From Candidatus Latescibacterota bacterium (GTDB lineage Bacteria; Latescibacterota; UBA2968; UBA8231): a stretch of 64,000 nucleotides of DNA. The notes under the pieces are model-generated. The model worked only from the letters and a program-made list of their open reading frames with translations, had not been told where the DNA came from and ran no database searches. The translations under genes and the position numbers were made by a program. Shown piece after piece: positions 18,516 to 27,655 of this stretch (its first letter is position 1; each line of letters starts with the position of its first letter). The stretch covers positions 2,592,001-2,656,000 of the forward strand of contig OZ241362.1 of NCBI GenBank assembly GCA_965200315.1, given 5' to 3'.

Positions 18516-19436
18516 TTACTTGCCGAATGAAGCCTTGATCTGGCCCCAAGTGTTGTCTTCGACGGCTGTGGGCGCGATACCTTCAAAGGCGGACTCGTCA
18601 ACGCCCAGCATCACCCAGTCGGCCAAGAAATCGGCGTCGCCAAAGGACTCGACGTTGGGGCTGAGGGCCCAACGCGAATGGCAGTTACAATCGTCGGCCA
18701 ACTCAGCATCGGTATCAAAGACGTGCCCGGCAAGGCCGATGATCTCATCCTGTTCAAAGTCGTGCAGAACACTTCCTTGGGGGTCTTCCCAGTTGAAGTC
18801 GTCCCAATAGACGCTCCACCATTCGGCCCGTTGGCGCATCTCCTCAAAGGAATTGGGAGCCGTGCCACTAAACCAATAGGCATGGTCCGAGTACGGCGGC
18901 GTGTCGTACCAAGTAGCCTGGGTCATCCAAAACCAGTTCCACTCTCCCTCGCGGGCTTGGCCATTGTCGAACCAATAGTGGCTGATTTGCGCATGGCGAC
19001 CGCGCTGGCGTGCCTTCTCCTCGTCGGTCTGGCCTTCCAGATCCCAGAAGGAGCCGCCCGAGTGATCGGCATCTACAGTCGTTTCGACCGACTCGTTGCC
19101 CAACTGGTACTTGTCGTCGAAGCGCTCGTAGGCCCAGTAGAGGCGGTTGGTTTCCTCGTTCCAAGTGGGAATCCAGCGGAAGGAAATCGAGGACACGTCC
19201 AGATCGCCGGTGTAGATCCACGTCCGGCCCGTGCTCTGTACGACGCTCTGCTCGGTGATCCAAAATTCCTCGGGAATGATATCCCATTCGCTCAGATCGG
19301 CATCTAGGACCGGAAGGTGTGTCTCGGGCCATTGCCACACCGCGCCAATAAAATCGGGCGGATCGTGAGCCTGAACTTTGGTGCTCAAGCCGAGCAAAAG
19401 CACCGGAATAAATAAGGCTGACAAAACTTTTTTCAA
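18516..19436 (-). CDS. Secreted acidic Trp-rich protein, CBM9/DOMON-like, with C-terminal TAVEDNTWGQIK tail
   Basis: TTG start with AAGGAGG RBS; signal peptide ending AQA-like VQA-H; PVLDADLSEW and DADHSGG motifs. Confidence 0.78.
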   Translation of the reverse strand: MKKVLSALFIPVLLLGLSTKVQAHDPPDFIGAVWQWPETHLPVLDADLSEWDIIPEEFWITEQSVVQSTGRTWIYTGDLDVSSISFRWIPTWNEETNRLYWAYERFDDKYQLGNESVETTVDADHSGGSFWDLEGQTDEEKARQRGRHAQISHYWFDNGQAREGEWNWFWMTQATWYDTPPYSDHAYWFSGTAPNSFEEMRQRAEWWSVYWDDFNWEDPQGSVLHDFEQDEIIGLAGHVFDTDAELADDCNCHSRWALSPNVESFGDADFLADWVMLGVDESAFEGIAPTAVEDNTWGQIKASFGK

Positions 19437-19524
19437 GGCGAACCTCCTTCTTAGAGGTGTGAGGTTTTGGTTTTGCAGAACGATGCTCTAATTAATAAAA
19501 ACAGCCTATAAGGTCAAGCAAAAA

Positions 19525-22431
19525 TCACTTTAAGCCGGCGATAATCGACAGAAAACTCAAGCCCGAGGTCTCAATCTCTCGGCTCCGGTCGACAACCTCC
19601 AACGAGCGGCGGTCGAGGCGGATGCCCACCTGAGTGGTTAGCTCGTAGCCTAGATATTGGCTGATATTGGTCAATTGCAACGCCAAAACCGAGCCGCGAA
19701 AATCCCCAGTGAAAAGCCCCGCTGTCCGTTCGTTTTCCCTTTCTTCGAGGTCGAAGAAAGAGCGCTGCTCCAAGCCGAACTCAAACTCAGAAGTCTCAAA
19801 CACTGGAATGCTGCCGACAAAGAAGAAGATGCCGTCCCAAGAGCGCCGCGTGTCGAAGGCTCGGCTAAAGGGCACCTCGCGCAGGAATTCGCTCTTGAGT
19901 TTGGGCCTGAAACTCAGCGACCGCCAGTAAAAGACGCATTCTATCTTGTTGATCAGCCCGACAAAACCTGAGGTCCGTCGCCCGTTGCGCCCCTCAGGAC
20001 CTAGCGGGTCAAAGGCCACTGTAGGATCGCCAACCTCGTCGGAGGCATCGCGCAAAAATTCGCGCTGCCGCCAAGTCTCCCATTTGAAGCGATGCAGGGT
20101 CTGCCACAAACGCGGGCTAGAGTACTCCCAGTCGGCGTAAAAAGTGTTGATCCAAGTGTCCTCCGCAGCCAAGGGATCCAACACCGGCACATTGCTGCCG
20201 GCCGACTCGGCCGCTGCGCCGAATGTGCTCCTAGGGATGACCCATTGCACCAAGTGGTCGGCGATCTCGTCCTCGGCCTTCTTAACCATGTCGAAAATCC
20301 GCAGACGGCCCCACCGCGACCCGCTCTGCTCCAAGAGGAACATGCCATAGCTAGTCAGGTTGCGGCGGTTGCTCGCCAAGCGGGTTTGCCGCAACTGACC
20401 CACCCGTAGCTGGATACCCGGTGCCACCTCGAGCCCGCCGAAGACGTTGTAACCCCAGTGATCTTTCTTGTAGGGATAGTCCGGCTCTTGGTCGTTTTCA
20501 AAGCGCTCCACCCACCCATTGTTGTTGAGATCGATGCCGAAGAGAAATTCTGGGCGATCTGCGGCATAGCGCAAAAAAGGCTCGTCGTAGTCGGGGAAAA
20601 AATTCACCCGATCGACCGTGCTATTCTGGTTGAAATCCGATATGAAGTCGCGATTCTCGTCATAACCGGGGAAAACCGCCGGGTCGGCCACGCCGCGCAC
20701 CTCGATTTCGCTGCGTCGCTCGGTGGGGACAAAGCTGCCCTCGCCCACCCGCAGCCAGTCGGGTTGGCGGTCGTTGTCGTCGTTGTCATCTACAAACTCG
20801 TAGTGCAAATTGACGGCCTCGGGAGCGTAGTCCGACACCCCGTCTCGATTTACGGTCAGGACGCTGGTGCGGTACCCATCTTCCATACCAAATCCCTCGC
20901 CCCTAAAGCTCCAAGGCCCCTCTTGGAAGGCCAAATTGACCAACCAGCCTACTTCATGGCGATCCCCCTCGATACCATTGATCGCACGGTGGGAATCCCG
21001 TCCTATGCTGGGGTACTTTCGGTACTGGGTATTGAGGTTTATTTCTCCGTAAAAATCGAAGCCGTGAAAATCCCGCACCTCGGCCGTCAGACCGACGATC
21101 TGGTCGGCCGTAGGCAGCCCATAGTCGAAGACAACCTCGCGCTGGTTCAGTTGGTTCTTGATATTGCCGTCGGCCCGCGCCACGGGTAAAAATTGAGGCA
21201 CGTTAAATTCGTCCGTCTGCCTATTGGAACTGACCTCGACGCGATAGTCGTTGGCTAGCACGAGGCGGAAGCGCACGTCTCGAATGGCACTAATCGCGGC
21301 TTCGGCCTCAGATAGGGTGAGGTTTAGATGTTGCTGGAAGAGCACCCGCAAGGTTCCTTCTTCCCCGGCCGTTTCCCTAGGGGCTAAGGGGTATTGCAAA
21401 ATTATTTGGTCTGCGCCATCGGCCGTTAGAAATCCCCGATCTCGCCTCCCCCCCTCAATGGTCGGTCTAAAGCCGATACTGCTGCTGAGGATGACGGTAT
21501 CCCGCTCCACGTGAACTAGCTGATCCTGAACCGTCTCCTGACGGCTCAGGGTGGTGCGGATCTCGATCTCCTCGCTAACCAAGACGGCACCGCCCTCTCC
21601 GTCTTCCGGCGAGTCGTCCGAGAGCCGCACCAAGAGCAGGTCAACCCGCTGGGCCAGTTGCCCCGCCGTCAGGGCACCCTTGAACACATTCCCTTGGAAG
21701 CTCTCATTGCTGCCCGTGTTGTTGTGGCTGTTGACGAAGTTCACCCCCAACGTAAAAGAATCGCGCAAATCGGCTTCGATCCGGCCCGCTGTGAGGTTAG
21801 TAGCGTACTGGAAGCGCGCAGTGCCCCCCGAAAGGAGCGGGAACGAAATCCGCGAAAAAAGCCCAGTGGCGCGAAAGCGGTCGGCGGCAAAGTCGGCTAC
21901 TACCCCGTTGAACCCCGCCTTGCGGAAGGTCATCGGCGTTAGCGTAGTCCATATCTCGTCTCCGACCATAATCGAATAGCGGTACTGACCCTTGGAATCG
22001 CCGGATATGACCAAGCGGCTAAACCAGTTGTTGTACGAGGCCCCTTTTCTCACCGAGGAACTCTCGGCGATCAGCGGTTTTGTCTGGCGCCAGTCGTACA
22101 CCAGCCACCCCCGCGTAATGAGGCGACCGAAAGGATCGTAGAAGAGATCACCCTCCGATGTGGGGTTGATATAGCGCCTGTGGGCTTGGCGGGCGTAGTT
22201 GGTGTACTCCCATTGATTGCGGCCGAATTCGCCAAACAGGGGAGCCGGCATGTACCAGCGCTGCACGGTCGGATCCAGCGCCTCCATGTAAGTAGAAACG
22301 CCGGGCACGTGGTAGATGACGCGGTCTCCCACCCGATCTCCCAGCCGCCCCCCATAGTCGACTTGAGCAGCGGCTACTACCCACAGATTCAACCCGGCTA
22401 AGGCAGCCAATATGATGTAACGCGCCTTCAT
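19525..22431 (-). CDS. Large secreted hypothetical protein, probable outer-membrane beta-rich protein (paralog 1)
   Basis: 968 aa; signal peptide; Asp-rich motifs; alternating hydrophobic strands at the C-terminus; paralogous to 22434-25241. Confidence 0.8.
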   Translation of the reverse strand: MKARYIILAALAGLNLWVVAAAQVDYGGRLGDRVGDRVIYHVPGVSTYMEALDPTVQRWYMPAPLFGEFGRNQWEYTNYARQAHRRYINPTSEGDLFYDPFGRLITRGWLVYDWRQTKPLIAESSSVRKGASYNNWFSRLVISGDSKGQYRYSIMVGDEIWTTLTPMTFRKAGFNGVVADFAADRFRATGLFSRISFPLLSGGTARFQYATNLTAGRIEADLRDSFTLGVNFVNSHNNTGSNESFQGNVFKGALTAGQLAQRVDLLLVRLSDDSPEDGEGGAVLVSEEIEIRTTLSRQETVQDQLVHVERDTVILSSSIGFRPTIEGGRRDRGFLTADGADQIILQYPLAPRETAGEEGTLRVLFQQHLNLTLSEAEAAISAIRDVRFRLVLANDYRVEVSSNRQTDEFNVPQFLPVARADGNIKNQLNQREVVFDYGLPTADQIVGLTAEVRDFHGFDFYGEINLNTQYRKYPSIGRDSHRAINGIEGDRHEVGWLVNLAFQEGPWSFRGEGFGMEDGYRTSVLTVNRDGVSDYAPEAVNLHYEFVDDNDDNDRQPDWLRVGEGSFVPTERRSEIEVRGVADPAVFPGYDENRDFISDFNQNSTVDRVNFFPDYDEPFLRYAADRPEFLFGIDLNNNGWVERFENDQEPDYPYKKDHWGYNVFGGLEVAPGIQLRVGQLRQTRLASNRRNLTSYGMFLLEQSGSRWGRLRIFDMVKKAEDEIADHLVQWVIPRSTFGAAAESAGSNVPVLDPLAAEDTWINTFYADWEYSSPRLWQTLHRFKWETWRQREFLRDASDEVGDPTVAFDPLGPEGRNGRRTSGFVGLINKIECVFYWRSLSFRPKLKSEFLREVPFSRAFDTRRSWDGIFFFVGSIPVFETSEFEFGLEQRSFFDLEERENERTAGLFTGDFRGSVLALQLTNISQYLGYELTTQVGIRLDRRSLEVVDRSREIETSGLSFLSIIAGLK

Positions 22432-22433
22432 CC

Positions 22434-25241
22434 TTACAGTCCGGCATAGATGGTGATGAAACTAGTGGTCTCGGTTCGTCCTTTGGTGAGCTTGTCGAAG
22501 ATCCGGGGTTCGACCTCCCTCACCGTCTCAGTGAAGGTTCGGCCGATACGCAGGCCGAGTTGCGTCGTCAGCTTGTAACCCAAATAGTTCGAGTTGTTGG
22601 TTAGCTGCACCGCAAAAACCGCAGAGCGCAAGTCTCCGGTCTCTTCGGCGATGCCCTGCTCAACCATATCCTCCTCCGGCTGTACCAGTTCGTTGAACTG
22701 GGCCAACTCCACCCCGAAATCGACTACGCTACTGTTGAGTAGGGGCACTTGAGCCAAAAGCGAGGCAATCCCAGTCCATTGTTTTAAGTCTTCTTCGGCT
22801 AGCACAAAGGCGTCTTGACGGAAGTACTCACTTTTGAGCCTAGGCTGTAGGAGGAAGCGGCCTAGGTGCAGCTTGTACTCGAATTTGTTGATCAAGCCCA
22901 AGAGGGAAGGCGAACCGGCCAGTATCCGGCCATCGATGTCGCGGGCCTCGTCTTGGGCTTGGTTGTAGCGCTCGTATTTGAGTTTGTTGACGATCTCAAA
23001 ATTGGCAATGGCGGTGTAGTCCACACCCAGCCACGCGGTGTTGATGTAGGTATCGGGAAAGACCAGCATATCCGCCACCAGCGGCGGCGTGGGCGCGTCG
23101 AGGAAGGGCAGCGGTGCCCGCCGGGCATCCGGGATAGTGTCCGCGACCCGCTTGAACATATCGAAGACCCGTACCCGCCCGAAACCGGGGTAGTCCTTGT
23201 CGAGGGTGAACATGGCATACGCGGTTTGATTGTCCCGATCGTCCGAGAGCATGCGCTCATCGAGGCGCCCCACTAGCAGGCGCGCCTCGGGGAGGAGGTG
23301 AACGCCAAAAAAGACGTTGTAGCCGCGCCGGTCGGGCTTGTAGGGATAGTCGGCTAACTCGTCGTCCTCAAAACGGTCAATCCAGCCGTTGTTGTTGAGG
23401 TCAATGCCGAAGAGCAGTTCAGGCCGATCGACGTGATAGCGCAAAAACGGCTCTTCGTAGTCGGGAATGGAGTTGGGAACTGAGCGGTTGTCGTTCTGGT
23501 TGAAGTCCGAAATGAAGTCGAGGTTTTCGTCCCAGCCGGGGAACACCTCCCGGTCATTCGCCTGCGAGCCTACCCGGGCCCAATCGGGCTGGCGGTCTTG
23601 GTCGTCATTGTCGGCGACAAATTCGTACACCGAGCGTATGGGATCGTCGTAGAACACATCCCCTTGGGGTAGGGAGACAAAAGCCGAGGTCGAATAGTCG
23701 GCATCCACCGAGTAGGCTTCGCCATAACTGAAAAATGGGTAGGCTTCTTTGGACAAATTGAAGATAGCGGCCTGACCACTCTCCGCCGAGACCTCGTGCC
23801 CTTCGTTGGCGTTGAACAGGGCGGCATTCGGGTACTGGAAATAGCGCAGGTTGTTGTTCCATTCACCGTAGAAATCAAAGCCCCACACCTTCTTGCCCTC
23901 AATGGTGAATCCGGCGACCATATTGGCCGAGGGCAAGCCGTAGTTAAAAAGGACCCGTTGGGCGTTGGATATATCCCTTATATTGCCGGAAGCCCGACTT
24001 ATCTCGATGAGCACCGGCTCGGCTTCTTCGATGACTTGGTTGGTCAGCGGCGGCGGCGGCACCGGGCGCGTACCAGTCTGCAGATTGGACCACATTTCGA
24101 CCTTGAAGTCGTTGGCTAGCACATAGTCGAACTCCACCTCGACTATGGTAGTTAAATCCGGCCCCACATACGCCGGGTCTGTAAAGTCGTAATTGAGGAT
24201 GATTCGCTCGCTGCCGTCGGCGGCCAAAAAGCCCGTGCGCGGAAAGCCGCCGAACACGGTCGGCCACTCCGCGCCCTCGCGTACCACCTCGTCCAACGTC
24301 AAGACGGTCTCTAGACCCGTTTCAAAATCGCGGCTCTTGATGCGTATATCGTGGCTGAAAAGGGCCGCGCCACCAGCCCCGTCCTCGGGGCTGTCGTCGC
24401 TAAGGACGATAGCTATGGCCGTAACCGGCGTACTAGTCTGTCCCGAGGTGAGGTTCCCCGCTAGGAGATTGCCTTCAAACATGTCCAAGGCGGTATTGGC
24501 ATTGTGGGCGTTGACCACGGTCCCACCCACCGTAATAAAGTCGCCCACCTGAGCGAGGGCTCGGCCACCGAACAGGGAGGTTGAATTAGATTGCCGCCTC
24601 GGATTGATGGTCACGCCCACGGCCGGATCATTGATCCGCGAGGCCAGCACGGTGGCGGCGTATTTGTCCGCGGCGAAGTCGATCTGGACTCCGTTGAAAT
24701 TCGGCTTGGAAAAGGTCATCGGCGTAAGGGTGGTGCGGATCGCGTTGCCCACGGTAATGGCGTAGGAGTACTGGCCCCTAGAGTCGCCGCTTACGGTCAC
24801 CGAGCTGAAGAATTGCTCGAATTGGCGGCCCTTGAAGATACCGCTGCCCAGCTCTTGGGGCTGGTCTTGACGCCAGTCGTACACCAGCCAGCCGCGGTTG
24901 ATATAGTTGCCGAAAAAGTCGTAGAAGTAGTCGCCCTCTAAGTTGGTGTTGATATAGCGCTGGTACTGGTCGCGGGCGTAGTTGGAGTACTCCCATTGGC
25001 GCCACCTGAACTCGTAGTAAAGTTCTTGGGGAACGTACCACTTCTGTACGGCGGGATCGAGGGCTCCAAAGAGCACGCCTGGCCCCCGGGGCTCAAAACT
25101 GACTTCGCCGCCGCGCTGGCTCCCTAGGCGAGTGCCGTAGTCTTGGGCGTGGAGCACGGTTTGGAACGCGACCAATAGTGCCAGCCCAATCGTTAAAATC
25201 GCTCCGCGGACATGCAAGGCCGCACCCTCCCAATTCTGCAT
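22434..25241 (-). CDS. Large secreted hypothetical protein, probable outer-membrane beta-rich protein (paralog 2)
   Basis: 935 aa; same motif series as the downstream paralog; 2-bp spacing to it. Confidence 0.8.
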   Translation of the reverse strand: MQNWEGAALHVRGAILTIGLALLVAFQTVLHAQDYGTRLGSQRGGEVSFEPRGPGVLFGALDPAVQKWYVPQELYYEFRWRQWEYSNYARDQYQRYINTNLEGDYFYDFFGNYINRGWLVYDWRQDQPQELGSGIFKGRQFEQFFSSVTVSGDSRGQYSYAITVGNAIRTTLTPMTFSKPNFNGVQIDFAADKYAATVLASRINDPAVGVTINPRRQSNSTSLFGGRALAQVGDFITVGGTVVNAHNANTALDMFEGNLLAGNLTSGQTSTPVTAIAIVLSDDSPEDGAGGAALFSHDIRIKSRDFETGLETVLTLDEVVREGAEWPTVFGGFPRTGFLAADGSERIILNYDFTDPAYVGPDLTTIVEVEFDYVLANDFKVEMWSNLQTGTRPVPPPPLTNQVIEEAEPVLIEISRASGNIRDISNAQRVLFNYGLPSANMVAGFTIEGKKVWGFDFYGEWNNNLRYFQYPNAALFNANEGHEVSAESGQAAIFNLSKEAYPFFSYGEAYSVDADYSTSAFVSLPQGDVFYDDPIRSVYEFVADNDDQDRQPDWARVGSQANDREVFPGWDENLDFISDFNQNDNRSVPNSIPDYEEPFLRYHVDRPELLFGIDLNNNGWIDRFEDDELADYPYKPDRRGYNVFFGVHLLPEARLLVGRLDERMLSDDRDNQTAYAMFTLDKDYPGFGRVRVFDMFKRVADTIPDARRAPLPFLDAPTPPLVADMLVFPDTYINTAWLGVDYTAIANFEIVNKLKYERYNQAQDEARDIDGRILAGSPSLLGLINKFEYKLHLGRFLLQPRLKSEYFRQDAFVLAEEDLKQWTGIASLLAQVPLLNSSVVDFGVELAQFNELVQPEEDMVEQGIAEETGDLRSAVFAVQLTNNSNYLGYKLTTQLGLRIGRTFTETVREVEPRIFDKLTKGRTETTSFITIYAGL

Positions 25242-25280
25242 GGTAAAAATTCATCGCGAGGGGTTTCCCCTCGCCCGGTA

Positions 25281-27566
25281 TCAATACGCGACCCCAACAA
25301 CCCCCACCCGCTTCTCTTCTCCGGTCCCCGCATCCAAAGCAACGGAAAAGATATAGTGGCCTGGGGGGACCGCGTTGTCCTCATCGTCGCGCCCGTCCCA
25401 AAAACGGGGAAATCGCCCGCTCATATCCAAGCCTTCGTAGAGGTTGCGGACCAACCGGCCACTCAAATCGTAGACCCCGAGCCGCACCCGGGTGGGGTGG
25501 GCTATGTTGGTGATGTCATAGGTAATGGCCGCCCGCTCGTTGACCCCGTCGCCATTGGGGGTAAAAACCCCGGGCACGGCCGCTACATTTACTAGCAGTT
25601 CGTCGGTAATCGGCACCCCGACAAAGAGGTTTTCTGGATCGAGGGTGCCCACGACTTTGCGGTCGGGATCATCCATGCCCTCCCGACTCAAATCCGCGGC
25701 ATTACCGGCCAACACCACTTGACCTAGCACCTCGTTGTCGGCATGGAGCGCCCGGCCGGCAAAGCGAGTTCCTAGGCGTAGGACTGTATTCTCGAACTCT
25801 AAAGTCAAAAGGGCTCCATCCTCCGCAATCCGCGGGAAGGCCATGACCAAGGCGTCGTCGCGCACAGCTACCACGCTAAAGCCACTCTGCTCGACCGGAA
25901 GCGCCGCGAGGGACACGCCGGAAAAATCCGCCGATGCTGCCGTGCCGTCGGGCCGGCGTATTCCCACTTGGCCAATTGACTCAGTGCGCAGCGGTGTGCT
26001 GATTTCAAAGCGATCAAAGCCCGCATTCTGAGGAGAGGATTTGACCAAGACGCCATACGTGAAGCGGGTGGCTTGGCCCAAGATGGCGGTGCGAGGCAAA
26101 ATCTCGGCGATGAGGGAGTCGGCGAAGACGGGCTGGAAAACGTCCCAAGCCACTCCGCCGATGCCAGTAGCCGCATCGACATCGGCGTTGAAGAATTCGA
26201 TCATAACTTGAAAATAGCGCCGCGGGCTAGGCGATACGATCAGCGTCCCCGCTCCTTGCACTTGAAGTTGGTCTGGGGCGACAATACCCTCGGGCGAATA
26301 GGGGGGGGACCAAGGACTCCAATTGGTGAGGTCTTCGCGAATCACCGACTTTTGGTCGCTCGCTAATTTGTTGTAGTCCGCTTGGCCAAGGGTGATCTGG
26401 GCTCGCTGTTCAAAAGGCAACTGGCCAAAGGTCAAAAGCGCCTCGCGCCCGTCCATCTCTTCGTTGTCGAGGATGTTGGCGACCAAGTTCTCGAGTTCGC
26501 TGTCTTCTACATCTTCGGCTCTCTTCCAAGGCGCGTCGATGGGGATGTCGAAAACGGTATCTCCCCGCTGTTCAACTCGGCCAGAGGATTGCTTGCCGAC
26601 GCGGGTAAACTCGACCGGCTGGGAATCGTCCCCACTGCGGGTGCGGACCTGGACCCTAGAGCGAGTTGGATCGCCCACCTGCTCTTCAACCCAGCGCAAA
26701 CGGCCCAAAAGTGCTTGGTCGCCAAAGTCGAATACATTGGAAATGTACACGGCCTGCGGCACAAAACCCTCGCTGAACACTTGAAACTCGGCGATCTCAA
26801 AGTCTGCGGCCGTCAGGGACTTGAGCCGCAAAAAGCGCACGAAGCGGGTGGGAATTCGCACGTCCACCACCGCTTCTTGGTTCTGCCCTTCAAAGGCGAC
26901 CGTTTCCCAGATTAGACTGCCCTCGCGGCGCGATTCGGGTTGGCCGTCATTGACGAAAATTTCGTAGCCCTTCAAAAAGTCGTCTTGAGACTGGAAATCC
27001 GGGGCTGGAAAGGCCGGATCGGCGTTGCGCGGAAAAAACTTGAACCGATTGACGCCAAAGATAGCCCCCAAGTCGAATTCGATGAGTAAGCCAAAAGCTC
27101 CGGTCCCCCCCGTGCCCGATGATCGCACCGCTAAGGCGGTATTTCCGTCGTCGTCGAACATCTGGGGAAAATCGGCTTCGAGAAAGCGGAAAGAGGGGAT
27201 GGGCGTGATGACGCTGCCACCGCGCTCCTTGGAGTTGACGCCGATCAATATGTTGTCCGTCGTATCGGCCTGCTGCGGAAAGATCCAATACGTGCGCTCA
27301 AAGGGAGCAAAGTCGATGACGCCGCCGGGCGCATTGGATTGATCGACCGTCGCCGGGTCGAGGATCACTAGGGCCGGAACCTCCCCGCCGCCACTCTCCC
27401 AAGACAACCCGCCCTCGCCCCCTAGTTGGACGACCTCCATTTGGGCACCAACTGGCGACTGGGCACTCAACGCTCCGAGAGCAGAAAAGAGCATAAGTAC
27501 CCTAAGCGCGATCCATCGGCACCTGTAATCCCTTTGATCTGCCGCGGATGATGACATGGCTGGCAT
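25281..27566 (-). CDS. Secreted protein with C-terminal FlgD-Ig/CHU_C-type domain (paralog B)
   Basis: IAEFQVF, WSPWSPPY, SPSPRRYFQ, FTPNGDGVNE, YDLSGRLVR, WDGRD, VPPG.Y. Confidence 0.85.
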   Translation of the reverse strand: MPAMSSSAADQRDYRCRWIALRVLMLFSALGALSAQSPVGAQMEVVQLGGEGGLSWESGGGEVPALVILDPATVDQSNAPGGVIDFAPFERTYWIFPQQADTTDNILIGVNSKERGGSVITPIPSFRFLEADFPQMFDDDGNTALAVRSSGTGGTGAFGLLIEFDLGAIFGVNRFKFFPRNADPAFPAPDFQSQDDFLKGYEIFVNDGQPESRREGSLIWETVAFEGQNQEAVVDVRIPTRFVRFLRLKSLTAADFEIAEFQVFSEGFVPQAVYISNVFDFGDQALLGRLRWVEEQVGDPTRSRVQVRTRSGDDSQPVEFTRVGKQSSGRVEQRGDTVFDIPIDAPWKRAEDVEDSELENLVANILDNEEMDGREALLTFGQLPFEQRAQITLGQADYNKLASDQKSVIREDLTNWSPWSPPYSPEGIVAPDQLQVQGAGTLIVSPSPRRYFQVMIEFFNADVDAATGIGGVAWDVFQPVFADSLIAEILPRTAILGQATRFTYGVLVKSSPQNAGFDRFEISTPLRTESIGQVGIRRPDGTAASADFSGVSLAALPVEQSGFSVVAVRDDALVMAFPRIAEDGALLTLEFENTVLRLGTRFAGRALHADNEVLGQVVLAGNAADLSREGMDDPDRKVVGTLDPENLFVGVPITDELLVNVAAVPGVFTPNGDGVNERAAITYDITNIAHPTRVRLGVYDLSGRLVRNLYEGLDMSGRFPRFWDGRDDEDNAVPPGHYIFSVALDAGTGEEKRVGVVGVAY

Positions 27567-27655
27567 ATCTTTTGACTCGGCTTCTCTGGGCTAAGGCAAC
27601 TAACTGTATGAAATACGAAAAGACACAGCAACCAAAATCCGGCAACGTATAGCAG

